From the IMG/VR virus record IMGVR_UViG_3300021091_000012: a stretch of 64,000 nucleotides of DNA; one strand, 5' to 3'. A program made the translations under genes and the position numbers. Below the pieces are notes generated by a model, which searched no databases, was not told where the DNA came from, and saw nothing but the letters and a program-made list of their open reading frames with translations. Below are positions 36,830 through 45,613 of this stretch, piece after piece; the first letter of the stretch is position 1, and every line of letters starts with the position of its first letter. The DNA is from a virus.

Positions 36830-39070
36830 TTATTGATGTCCTTCTCCAAAATTATCCGCAATGTTTGGCTCTGCTACTAGTCCAGTTGCTATTTGTACAG
36901 TATTCTCCATACATTCTTTTGTGATAGCACAAGCTCTCTGTGCATGTTCTGCTTTGGCGTTAATCACAAACTCGTCGTGAATCTGCAACATGATACATGC
37001 ATCTAGTCCTTCTTCCTTAAAGCGCTTGTGAATTTGTATTGCTGATCTATTCATAATGGATGCTGCTAGAGATTGTATTTGAAAGTTCTTACAGTTGTTA
37101 AGACCATTCTTGTACTCCATACGAAGCTTCATTAGCTGTTGAGTTTGTTCGGGTGTCTTGGCCATTCGCTTCATTTGAGAAAACGGACCTGGTTCAATAA
37201 GACTGTTCTCAAACTTCTCGTAGATTCTCTTTACTCGATCTAAGTGACGAATACGTCCAGTTTGGTTTTTAACATATCCAAACGTCTGAGCTTTAAGATG
37301 ACTATCGCTCATCCACTTTGCCAATTCAGGGAAACCTTCTAAGTATCCATCGATCATCTTCTGTGCTTCTCTAATCTCGATATTGAGCGATTGACCAATT
37401 TGCCACGCACCTGCTCCATAAGGAATAGCAAGTGCAATACTTTTTGCTCTTTGTCTAAGCTCTGGTCGCAAGTTCTTAACATAGTTGTCATCACTTTTTT
37501 TTGCCGACATGCCTCTAAGCTTAAACGCTTGAATAGCCACTCTACAATATAAATCCTCATTGTTGATAAATACGTTAATCAAATTTGGGTCATTACTTAC
37601 TGATGCGAACACTCGAGGCTCCAAAGACGACTGATCACAGATAATAAACTTTCTACCATCCTCAGCTTTCAAAAAGCTACGAATAATGTTGTTGTATCTA
37701 AGTACTAACTCACTTTGCTCTCCTTCTTCCAACACACGAGGTAGCTGTTGGCAGTCGGAGCTAAAACGACCTGAGGTAGTTCCATGTTGTTTGAAGTACC
37801 AGTAATATCTTCCGTCTTCATTTCCGTCTAGGAAACGATCGACGTATGCAGATTGTATCTTGTTGAGTTTGTTGTAGTCTCTTAGTTTAGCAGCCCAAGC
37901 ATGGTCTTTATGTATATGTTCGATGAAGTCATCGTCAAACTGATCTGTTCCTTTCTTTGTTTGGCTAATAGGCTTTATGCCCATATATTTAAAACACATC
38001 TCAGAAAGCTGTTGCTTACTACTAATATTGATGAATGCACCTTCTTTTTGCTTAAGGAGCTCAAGACTAATAGCAATCTTATCTTGATCATTAAGGTCCT
38101 TATCATCTCCTGTCTGCAAAAACTTCTGTCCAGCAGCTGGATCAATAAGCTGTGGTAGCTTCTCTTCAATTAGCTTTCCGTAATGTCCTCTTTTCTTTGG
38201 AGGATGGTTTGTTAATGCCTTAGCTACAACCCACTGTTGCACTTGACCATTCTTCATTAAGTCCGAAATGATTTCTTGCTCAAGTCTTAGAATATTTGCG
38301 TTGATGTCTTTCTTTGTTTTCTCGATTAGTGGAATATCTAACTCTGTACCGGTCTCTTCCATTTGTATAGTTACCGTCTTGTAGAGTGGCATCACCTCAT
38401 CGTTGAAAAAGAAATCCCACAATCCCTGCTCTTTAAGTACTGGCAGGTAGTATGTCATAACTCGAAGTGTCAAATCGGTATCTGCTGCTGCGTACTCTCC
38501 TAACAAGCTCATATTTGCTTTAAAAATTTCAAAGTTGGTCTTTGTAATACTACCACCATTCCTTTGAATAGACTCTTTTAGTTTTACTTGCTCTTCGTTA
38601 GCTTCTTTCTCAGCATCTAGTCCTAATTCATTTTGAATCTCAATAGCAATGTCTTTCAAACCAAAAGGACCATCCTCTTGTAGAGTATGGCGTAGTAACA
38701 TCGTATCACAATACAGATCATCTCGCAAATCAACACCATAAAAGTTTTTAGTGTACCGGACGTCAAACGAGGCGTTATGCATTACTAGCTTTTTGCCTTT
38801 TAGCATGTTGATAAGTTGGCGTGCAATGTCGTCGCACTTCTTGCCACCAATATAAGAATCTATAAGCGATTGACTATCAACATCCCAATATCTAGTTGGA
38901 AAGTAATAACCTTCTCCAATATCTGCAGAAACAGAAAAACCAATGATCATTCCATTTCTTGGATTAACACTAGTCGTCTCAGTATCGTATGCGATAATGT
39001 TTCCGTTCTTAATATAGTTGGCCAGCTCTACGACACCAGCTTCGTCGGTTATGATTTTATATTTTTTCAT
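36830..39070 (-). CDS. polA: family A DNA polymerase (3'-5' exonuclease plus polymerase)
   Basis: ExoI YDTETT, ExoII HNASFD, ExoIII YAAADT; TTSGRFSS; motif A CDQSSLEPR; motif B RQRAKSIALAIPYG; motif C IHDE. Confidence 0.96.
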   Translation of the reverse strand: MKKYKIITDEAGVVELANYIKNGNIIAYDTETTSVNPRNGMIIGFSVSADIGEGYYFPTRYWDVDSQSLIDSYIGGKKCDDIARQLINMLKGKKLVMHNASFDVRYTKNFYGVDLRDDLYCDTMLLRHTLQEDGPFGLKDIAIEIQNELGLDAEKEANEEQVKLKESIQRNGGSITKTNFEIFKANMSLLGEYAAADTDLTLRVMTYYLPVLKEQGLWDFFFNDEVMPLYKTVTIQMEETGTELDIPLIEKTKKDINANILRLEQEIISDLMKNGQVQQWVVAKALTNHPPKKRGHYGKLIEEKLPQLIDPAAGQKFLQTGDDKDLNDQDKIAISLELLKQKEGAFINISSKQQLSEMCFKYMGIKPISQTKKGTDQFDDDFIEHIHKDHAWAAKLRDYNKLNKIQSAYVDRFLDGNEDGRYYWYFKQHGTTSGRFSSDCQQLPRVLEEGEQSELVLRYNNIIRSFLKAEDGRKFIICDQSSLEPRVFASVSNDPNLINVFINNEDLYCRVAIQAFKLRGMSAKKSDDNYVKNLRPELRQRAKSIALAIPYGAGAWQIGQSLNIEIREAQKMIDGYLEGFPELAKWMSDSHLKAQTFGYVKNQTGRIRHLDRVKRIYEKFENSLIEPGPFSQMKRMAKTPEQTQQLMKLRMEYKNGLNNCKNFQIQSLAASIMNRSAIQIHKRFKEEGLDACIMLQIHDEFVINAKAEHAQRACAITKECMENTVQIATGLVAEPNIADNFGEGHQ

Positions 39071-39080
39071 TAACTAATAT

Positions 39081-39112
39081 CTAAATATAAGAAGAATCTC
39101 TCACGCTACCAA
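39081..39112 (-). promoter_or_regulatory. Bacteroidota sigma70-like promoter for polA
   Basis: (T)TTG-N20-TATATTTAG. Confidence 0.65.
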
Positions 39113-39133
39113 ATGCTTTTGCTTTATTTGTTA

Positions 39134-39439
39134 CTAAATTAATTCTTGTTCTAGTTGTTGTTTTACTTCTTCGCGTAGTAACTCTATTAATATATCCATT
39201 GCATCGCGACTGAATCTCCATCCGTTCGGACCTTCCGCACTTCGCAAGCAAACATCGTAGCATGTCCTCATAGCTAACAGCTCCTCTTCATTCTCGCAGA
39301 AGGAGGCTTTCTTCATTACGTCAGCCTTCATAGTAGCTCCGTGCATTATTCCACCGGTTTCCTTAACCCACTGCTTATACTCATCTTGATAGTTTTCGTG
39401 CAGCATTAATGCAGCTGCTTGTATTTGATCTTTATTCAT
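39134..39439 (-). CDS. hypothetical protein
   Basis: ORF. Confidence 0.65.
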   Translation of the reverse strand: MNKDQIQAAALMLHENYQDEYKQWVKETGGIMHGATMKADVMKKASFCENEEELLAMRTCYDVCLRSAEGPNGWRFSRDAMDILIELLREEVKQQLEQELI

Positions 39440-39534
39440 TTTTTATTAATTTTATATGATAAATAAGTAAACATTACAATACCAACCAAAACGACTGGTA
39501 CTACCAAAGCAGTTAAAATTTCTGTGTTATTCAT
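39436..39534 (-). CDS. small membrane peptide, 32 aa
   Basis: Manual translation MNNTEILTALVVPVVLVGIVMFTYLSYKINKK; ATGA overlap with the next gene. Confidence 0.55.
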   Translation of the reverse strand: MNNTEILTALVVPVVLVGIVMFTYLSYKINKK

Positions 39535-39551
39535 TGTTTTCAAGTTTCAAA

Positions 39552-39800
39552 CTAATTAGGACTCATCATTAAGAATTGTTTATATTGCTCATGCTCTGTA
39601 AGCATGATCATTTCTTGTTCATAGGTGAACTCTGTAGATAGAGTTGTTGTGTCCGATACTAACTCTACATAATACTCAGCCCACACTCTTCGAGCTTCCT
39701 CATAGAACTCTTGTGTAGTTTCTGACTCTACAAGCTCCATGTCGTAGGTCTTGATGATTTTTCCGTGATCATCTTTCACGTTGATTGTTACTTTATTCAT
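39552..39800 (-). CDS. acidic hypothetical protein
   Basis: ORF. Confidence 0.6.
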   Translation of the reverse strand: MNKVTINVKDDHGKIIKTYDMELVESETTQEFYEEARRVWAEYYVELVSDTTTLSTEFTYEQEMIMLTEHEQYKQFLMMSPN

Positions 39801-39803
39801 ATC

Positions 39804-40130
39804 TTATTGCATTTCAATAAACTGTAGTGGAACATTCCATCCTTGGTCAAATCGACTGGTAGCACCTTGTACTTGAACAACTCCACGAGTCTTGTTAATC
39901 TTGGTTAGTACTAGGTTCTTTCTGAAAGATAGTTGAGGGTGATTAACAAACACTGGAGATCCTTCTCTCAGTTCTTGTTTAGCTTGAGCAAGTTTTGAAG
40001 CTTTCCTAGTTTTTAGGATTCCAACAACGTAACTGTTGATAGCTCTTAATTCCTCTGTCGTCATAGCTCCTAGAGCCATCCTTGTTTCGTAATCGTTAAT
40101 GTCGATTGCTTTGTTGATTGTATTATTCAT
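39804..40130 (-). CDS. hypothetical protein (SH3/KOW-like C-terminus)
   Basis: LREGSPVFV...KINKTRGVV...WNVP; has its own promoter. Confidence 0.7.
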   Translation of the reverse strand: MNNTINKAIDINDYETRMALGAMTTEELRAINSYVVGILKTRKASKLAQAKQELREGSPVFVNHPQLSFRKNLVLTKINKTRGVVQVQGATSRFDQGWNVPLQFIEMQ

Positions 40131-40149
40131 ATCTCTCTTAATTTTATAT

Positions 40150-40181
40150 CTAAAGGTACGTACTTAATTCCATTTATGCAA
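40150..40181 (-). promoter_or_regulatory. strong sigma70-like (early) promoter
   Basis: TTG-N20-TACCTTTAG. Confidence 0.7.
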
Positions 40182-40197
40182 CAGTTGTGCAAAACTT

Positions 40198-40479
40198 TTA
40201 GATGAAATATATATATCTGTAACCACAGTCATCATCGTAGTCCGCATATTCTTCAAGATCCAACTCAACCATGTCGTCAAACGATATTGGTAAGGATCTC
40301 CAGTATCTATATCGAATATATCGACGTGTGTGACCATAACCACCTGAAAACTCCAGGTCTTCGCGATCAACTCCCAATTCTACTAAAGCATTCTCAATCG
40401 ACTGTTCAGTCATGTCTTGTGGTAATTCACTTTCATGTCTCATCTTAACGTACTCTCCATTAATAATTTGGTAACTCAT
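40198..40479 (-). CDS. acidic hypothetical protein
   Basis: ORF behind its own promoter. Confidence 0.65.
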   Translation of the reverse strand: MSYQIINGEYVKMRHESELPQDMTEQSIENALVELGVDREDLEFSGGYGHTRRYIRYRYWRSLPISFDDMVELDLEEYADYDDDCGYRYIYFI

Positions 40480-40501
40480 ATCTCTCTTTTTTTATTTATA
40501 C

Positions 40502-40533
40502 CTAAAGGTCGTGACTATATTTCGTATTTGCAA
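40502..40533 (-). promoter_or_regulatory. sigma70-like (early) promoter
   Basis: TTG-N20-GACCTTTAG. Confidence 0.65.
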
Positions 40534-40542
40534 CAGTTTAGT

Positions 40543-40573
40543 AAAAAAAAAAGCCAACTTTTTTTAGTTGGCT
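40543..40573 (-). terminator. intrinsic terminator closing the deazaguanine operon
   Basis: AGCCAACT/AGTTGGCT stem followed by a long U-tract. Confidence 0.75.
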
Positions 40574-40594
40574 CTTATTGTCTGGGAGGCGTGT

Positions 40595-41419
40595 TTATAT
40601 AATTGTTATTGGTCGATGGCATTGTGAGCTGAGAAAGGCAACATTGCTCTTTACAAGATCCATATCAATATTGCTCATGTCGTAAGTCTCCAAAAAGCTA
40701 TGTGGAGTTGGGATACGAGTAGTATGGTCTACACTAAAGTCCTGTCCATGTGCAGCTGCTAGTACTGGGAACACTGAGTCAGTGCTTCGTATCATTGGAT
40801 GATCGTAGTATGCAAATTCAGTTGGATCTCCTTGACCTAGGCAGTGGATTGGCTTCTTGAGCATGTCTCTTTCCTTCAAATAATCATATGCTGCATGACG
40901 AGCTTCTTTAATGTATTGATCATCTTGATAAGTTCTAAGGTTGCTGAAGTGATCATCTGACATCCATGCACTCGGAATTGCAATCTTAGAGAATCCGATT
41001 ACATCAATCCAATCTTGATTAATACCCCACTCATAGGCTTCCAACCAATCCTCCTTAGTTTTACCTTGAGGACAGAAAAAGAGGTCTATGTGAAAAAGAT
41101 CAGACAACCCTTCTGCTCGCAGTCTTTCTCTAAAAGAGATGGCGTTAGCAATTGTAGCGTCCTTATCAAATAAAACATCTGGTGCAATTACTTCATCAGG
41201 TAACAACTCCTTGCAGATATCTATTAAAACGTCCTCAGTAACCAAAGCTCTTTCTGCTGCTGAGTTATCTAATGTGATCCAATAACCCTCTTCTTTGCGA
41301 GCTTTAATGAACTCTCGGTACTCAGGAAACTGCACCCATAAGTGAGCCAATGCAAAGATTCGATCTCCCAGCTTCATTGGCTCTAAGTTGCTAACTGGTG
41401 ATATAACGTAAAAATCCAT
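40595..41419 (-). CDS. dpdA: TGT/DpdA-like guanine transglycosylase
   Basis: TIM-barrel-like motifs ITLDNSAAE (cf. DSGAF), APDV, PQG, IHCLG, IRSTDS; adjacent to folE2/queD/queE. Symbol inferred from motifs plus context. Confidence 0.7.
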   Translation of the reverse strand: MDFYVISPVSNLEPMKLGDRIFALAHLWVQFPEYREFIKARKEEGYWITLDNSAAERALVTEDVLIDICKELLPDEVIAPDVLFDKDATIANAISFRERLRAEGLSDLFHIDLFFCPQGKTKEDWLEAYEWGINQDWIDVIGFSKIAIPSAWMSDDHFSNLRTYQDDQYIKEARHAAYDYLKERDMLKKPIHCLGQGDPTEFAYYDHPMIRSTDSVFPVLAAAHGQDFSVDHTTRIPTPHSFLETYDMSNIDMDLVKSNVAFLSSQCHRPITII

Positions 41420-41437
41420 TACTTATTGTGTATTTTT

Positions 41438-42439
41438 TTAACAAACTAAACTTCTATAAACTTCTACAGGAACATCAGATGTTAAGCCACCCTCAACTCC
41501 CTTCACAATAACCGATATAGCATCGTGTGAGTGTAGCGATTCCAAATGTGAACATATCACTTTAAAGTCTAAAACCCTTGAGTGTTCATCTAATCTCTGA
41601 TGTAACAGTCTAGCAGCATCCTCAACAAACTTCAGATTTGCACCATTTAGTTCAGCAAAAGCCTGCTCATCCTCACGTTTAACCATTACTTGTGTTTCTG
41701 TCTGTAAAGCTTCAATACATAGGTCTCTCACATCCTCAATCCAAATCATATCGTCAAACTCTATTGTAATTCGTGTTTTTGATCGTTGAGAGTGTGATAC
41801 AACTGCCTTATTGCGCTCCTCCATCGCTTGCATAGCCAGCTCAAAGCTGCAAGGACATGCTGATGAATATACAAAATCGAAGTGTAGGTATTTCTTGAGA
41901 TCACCGTTTTGTTTGTGATGAGCTTCTAACGATACGTTATAGTATTGGTAACCAGATAGACCACTTCTCAGTGAGTTTTGGATTATTGGAAATGAGAAGT
42001 TTAATATAATGTGTGCATCATATGATCCTAATTTCTCTTTGTACGATTTTAATACAGTCTCTAGTAAATCAATCGAGAACGTATTATCTTTGTATTCATA
42101 GAATGTTCTCATAATTCTTGACATGTTAATGCCCTTCTTCTCAGCCTCTAATGATACAGTTCCCGTTACAGAAGTCTCTAACTCGATCTCTCCGCCTTCC
42201 TTTAATTTATACTTAATAGGAAGTCTGAAATTATGAATACCTACTTGTTGTATTTTTACATGCGAACCTTGTATGTTAGAGGATGGTCCATTTTGTAAAT
42301 CGTGCAATGTACACACATACTCTTCATTGGATTTGAAATCCTTATCATACGATCTGTCTAGTTTGTTAGAAAGTGAATTAGGATTGTCTTTGTATGGGAT
42401 ACCGCAATCGTCTCCCAACCACTCGTAGTTTCCTGCCAT
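41438..42439 (-). CDS. folE2: GTP cyclohydrolase I type B
   Basis: IQQVGI, KGINMSR, SSACPCS, HSQRS, VKREDEQAFA, FVEDAAR, HLESLHSHDA. Confidence 0.95.
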   Translation of the reverse strand: MAGNYEWLGDDCGIPYKDNPNSLSNKLDRSYDKDFKSNEEYVCTLHDLQNGPSSNIQGSHVKIQQVGIHNFRLPIKYKLKEGGEIELETSVTGTVSLEAEKKGINMSRIMRTFYEYKDNTFSIDLLETVLKSYKEKLGSYDAHIILNFSFPIIQNSLRSGLSGYQYYNVSLEAHHKQNGDLKKYLHFDFVYSSACPCSFELAMQAMEERNKAVVSHSQRSKTRITIEFDDMIWIEDVRDLCIEALQTETQVMVKREDEQAFAELNGANLKFVEDAARLLHQRLDEHSRVLDFKVICSHLESLHSHDAISVIVKGVEGGLTSDVPVEVYRSLVC

Positions 42440-42457
42440 AGTTGTTTTTTTGCTTTA

Positions 42458-42937
42458 TTAATAGTTGTGTATAATTTGTAACCTTTCTTCGAATATATTA
42501 AAAATCTTTTGACATTCCAACTCGATTGGCATATTGTCTGCTAAATCGAAAGGCTCAACGTCTTTTTCTGCATTGCGTGTTTCGTATCGTCGTTTACGTG
42601 TTTCGGTAGGAACTTCTATCCATATTAGTTCGCTTTTTGGATAATACTCCAGCACTTTTTCAACAATACTAGCTTGTCGGATCCCGTCAACAATAATTGT
42701 TTTTCTTTCAATGAGATTTTTTTCTATTGCTGTTGTTAATGCATCTAAGCAGCTAATAATCTCTTCAGCAATTCGCTCATCCAAATGCATTGTTTGTTGT
42801 AGTTTGTTGCGATCTTTGCTTTGTATTAAATCGCGAACAATATTAGATACCACTATACGATAGCTAGTAGTGTCATTAAAGGACGACTTTCCGCTACATA
42901 TTCGTCCAAACAAAAAAAGTATATCTGATTTTTTCAT
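42458..42937 (-). CDS. P-loop nucleoside-monophosphate kinase-like protein
   Basis: GRICSGKS, IIVDGIR, IEVP.E.RKRR..R lid; start reassigned (ATGA overlap). Confidence 0.75.
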   Translation of the reverse strand: MKKSDILFLFGRICSGKSSFNDTTSYRIVVSNIVRDLIQSKDRNKLQQTMHLDERIAEEIISCLDALTTAIEKNLIERKTIIVDGIRQASIVEKVLEYYPKSELIWIEVPTETRKRRYETRNAEKDVEPFDLADNMPIELECQKIFNIFEERLQIIHNY

Positions 42938-43275
42938 AACTCTACTATACCAAAAAATTCTCCATCTTCCGACACTGAGCATCGACAAAGTCCAAAGTAA
43001 TTTAATAAATCTTCTGCTATCATTTCACAAGACATAGCTCCAAAGTTGCAGCAACCGTAGGCTGGATCGTACCAAGTGCTTGCAATATATTTCTTGATCT
43101 TGTGCTTGAAGTCAATGAACTCAATATCACGATCACCATGACTTACCTCTGCTCTACAAACAATCTGAAAGGTGTGTCTATGTAGATGTGCTAAATAATC
43201 TACGTGTGGCAAGTTGCAATCTGGCCAGTGATGCAATCCTTCTACATCTATTCTTATTTCTACAAACTTCTTCAT
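42934..43275 (-). CDS. dpdL: QueD paralog (T-fold), DpdL-like CDG decarboxylase
   Basis: EGLHHWP, LAHLHRHTF (LxxxHRHxF instead of QueD CxxxHGH), DRDIEF, SCEMIA, VSEDGE. Confidence 0.72.
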   Translation of the reverse strand: MKKFVEIRIDVEGLHHWPDCNLPHVDYLAHLHRHTFQIVCRAEVSHGDRDIEFIDFKHKIKKYIASTWYDPAYGCCNFGAMSCEMIAEDLLNYFGLCRCSVSEDGEFFGIVEL

Positions 43276-43757
43276 TACTTCTTATCTTTATCTTTTTGCC
43301 ATTGACCATCGTACAAATCCGCTGGAGTATTCTCTAGCATGATTATCTGAGCTACTCGTGCTCCTTTCTCAATGTGCATTTTATTGTTAACAAACATAAC
43401 TCCACCCATCTCATCTACTTCAAATCCTGGATCATAAACTCCAGATGTGATGATTGCTCCACAGCGTAGAATGGATGATCTGTGTCGAATAAATGCCGTC
43501 CTATTCTCAGGAAGCTTGCAGCCTTGATCGAACGTCAACGAATATACTCCCGGCTCGAGTGTAAAGATATATTTACCGGTTGGTGATAGGGTTGGTTGAA
43601 CTAGCTCGTAATCTTCTACGACGGTTTTGTCTTTGAGGACCATGCCTCCATAAACCCTATTGACTGCTTTTAGTGTGAGGTCGTAACCTACTTGAGCTTT
43701 TGCTCCTTTGTTATTTGTCTGTAGCAACTCGGCTACTTGATCTGCGTTTAATAACAT
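43275..43757 (-). CDS. dCTP deaminase/dUTPase family protein
   Basis: GYDLT, RSSILRCG, GVYDPGF, GARVAQ, YDGQWQ. Confidence 0.85.
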   Translation of the reverse strand: MLLNADQVAELLQTNNKGAKAQVGYDLTLKAVNRVYGGMVLKDKTVVEDYELVQPTLSPTGKYIFTLEPGVYSLTFDQGCKLPENRTAFIRHRSSILRCGAIITSGVYDPGFEVDEMGGVMFVNNKMHIEKGARVAQIIMLENTPADLYDGQWQKDKDKK

Positions 43758-43881
43758 AACTTCTGATTGATTTTAAATTAATATATGATAAGCTTTCGTA
43801 ATTTGCAACTACTAAATCTAGTAAGTCTAGGTGGCCTACATTGTCTGGGCATAGGCCTATAATATGTAACAGTTCGTGCAT
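43711..43881 (-). CDS. small hypothetical protein (MHELLHIIGLCPD...)
   Basis: Starts just after the queE stop; overlaps the next gene by ~47 nt. Confidence 0.4.
   Translation of the reverse strand: MHELLHIIGLCPDNVGHLDLLDLVVANYESLSYINLKSIRSYVIKRRSSSRVATDK
43777..43808 (-). promoter_or_regulatory. sigma70-like promoter for the dcd/dut-dpdL-kinase-folE2-dpdA unit
   Basis: TTG-N20-TATATTAAT. Confidence 0.55.
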
Positions 43882-43882
43882 G

Positions 43883-44659
43883 CTAAACTCCTCTCTTTGT
43901 ATCGTAAGCAATAATATGATCTCGTCCAGTCATGTTGTAACCCTTTTCAGCACACATCTCAAAAACAATAGGATACATCTTGATAAGCTCTTCTCTTGTA
44001 TCGCCAGCTGGCATAATATACGTCTTTTCTTTTGGAATCAAAAGCTCTAGTCTAAAATTTTCTATTTCTTTAAGATTGGATTCTGTACCATCCCATACCG
44101 GCTTGTAGTGATAATCTGAATGGTAGGTCAATGTTTCTTTTATTGCTGATATGTTTAACCTAAACTTGTTATGCTGCGCAACCATCCTTTCATCCGTAAT
44201 CGTGCCTTGCGGCGTAGGAGTACCCACAACGGGAACGCTATTGCTAAACTTAGGACTAAGACTGATAAGCCCAATAGGATAATCGGTAGCAATAAAATGC
44301 GAGCCCTCAGTTTCAATTGTGATAAGAATGTCTTTTTCATGTGCAAAATGGGTTAGCTCGTTTACTAATGCTGGATGCATTGTAGGTGATCCACCAGTAA
44401 GCATCATCTCCTTAACGTGTGGATTCTCGTCATATATCCTTATGATATCATTAAACGTGAAGGTCCCCTTCTCTGGATGAATACTAGTGTACCAGCTGTC
44501 GCACCATCCTCCTTCTCCAAAGAAGCATCTGTGAGTGCATCCGGTTGTTCGTACTGCGATTGTTGGTCGGCCAAATCTTGACCCTTCTGATTGTACACAT
44601 CGATAGAGTTCAACTATCGGTAGTATTTTATTGTAATCTGTAACTCTTCCTGGTTTCAT
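43883..44659 (-). CDS. queE: 7-carboxy-7-deazaguanine synthase (radical SAM)
   Basis: VQSEG, RTTGCTHRC...WCDS, LTGGSP, IETEG, SLSPK. Confidence 0.93.
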   Translation of the reverse strand: MKPGRVTDYNKILPIVELYRCVQSEGSRFGRPTIAVRTTGCTHRCFFGEGGWCDSWYTSIHPEKGTFTFNDIIRIYDENPHVKEMMLTGGSPTMHPALVNELTHFAHEKDILITIETEGSHFIATDYPIGLISLSPKFSNSVPVVGTPTPQGTITDERMVAQHNKFRLNISAIKETLTYHSDYHYKPVWDGTESNLKEIENFRLELLIPKEKTYIMPAGDTREELIKMYPIVFEMCAEKGYNMTGRDHIIAYDTKRGV

Positions 44660-44660
44660 A

Positions 44661-44894
44661 TTAAAAAGGTAAATCGTCGTCTAAGATTTCTTGAACTGTT
44701 TGATTTGGTTTTTTAAAGTACTCATCCAAAAAAGTTGCTGGATACTTTAAAACTAAACCTGAGTAATTTGGATTCTCAACTTCGTGTGATGTTGCCCTTA
44801 TTCCCTTAGCTTTTGCAGCGGCATAAACTTCTTTTCCTAGTTTGGAACCAGCAGGTTTGCCAAGGTACTCGTACAGTGATAAATAGTTTTCCAT
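44661..44894 (-). CDS. hypothetical protein ending DDDLPF
   Basis: SLYEYLGKPAG; SSB-like acidic tail. Confidence 0.7.
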   Translation of the reverse strand: MENYLSLYEYLGKPAGSKLGKEVYAAAKAKGIRATSHEVENPNYSGLVLKYPATFLDEYFKKPNQTVQEILDDDLPF

Positions 44895-44961
44895 GTAACC
44901 TTATTTTGTGATTGTGTAAATTATTTTAACATCTCCTACTGTGCTTGTAGTAGTCCAGTAA

Positions 44962-45438
44962 TTATTCTTCATAGATACTTGAGTTTTTATCGTTTTCAAA
45001 ACATTCAACTTTAATGCACTTGCAACGTCCTGCATCTGTTTTAGACAACACGTCGTTGAATTTATCGTACACTAGCTTTGCACAAGACTCTGCTCCCATC
45101 TTCTCCATGAAGTGAACTTTAGCAAGTCCCATCTGGCCTAGCTGTTCAAATATATCTGCATACGGATCATCCTTTTGAATTAGTAAAGTGTGATCCCACA
45201 TATGATCCATCCACGACTTTAAGCCGTTGCCTACTGGAGCATCTTTGAAACCTCCATAGTCCACAATCCAATTCATATCATCTAGTTGATTTTCTTCTAG
45301 TGGTTCGTTGGATGCAAACCAAACTTTAAACTTTAGAGCATATCCGTGTAGCAATTCACAATGTGAGTGTGATGCTTTCCATTGACGGATTGCAACTGAG
45401 TAATTGTCAAATAACTTTGTTGAAATGTATCTACCCAT
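44962..45438 (-). CDS. queD: 6-carboxy-5,6,7,8-tetrahydropterin synthase
   Basis: SHCELLHGY, WIVDYGG, WDHT, GAE, ECFEND. Confidence 0.93.
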   Translation of the reverse strand: MGRYISTKLFDNYSVAIRQWKASHSHCELLHGYALKFKVWFASNEPLEENQLDDMNWIVDYGGFKDAPVGNGLKSWMDHMWDHTLLIQKDDPYADIFEQLGQMGLAKVHFMEKMGAESCAKLVYDKFNDVLSKTDAGRCKCIKVECFENDKNSSIYEE

Positions 45439-45613
45439 TTTTCTTTGATTTTTTAGATGTTTTAATCTCTGTATCTATTTTAGTAGGAAGTTGTATTGTA
45501 ACATATTCCGGAAAGAACATATTTAAACCTACTCCCGTACAGACTGTAATTGTACTTTTTTTTGCCATAACTTTTTGATGTAATTCCCAATCTATAATAC
45601 AACTGTCTTTCAT
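45431..45613 (-). CDS. small hypothetical protein
   Basis: Overlaps both neighbours in a coupled array. Confidence 0.5.
   Translation of the reverse strand: MKDSCIIDWELHQKVMAKKSTITVCTGVGLNMFFPEYVTIQLPTKIDTEIKTSKKSKKNG

Noticed and set aside
40595-45438. Queuosine tRNA-modification pathway
   Set aside because: No queC, queF or queA; the transglycosylase is short and lacks the bacterial TGT Zn-binding Cys motif; the DpdL-like gene favours DNA modification
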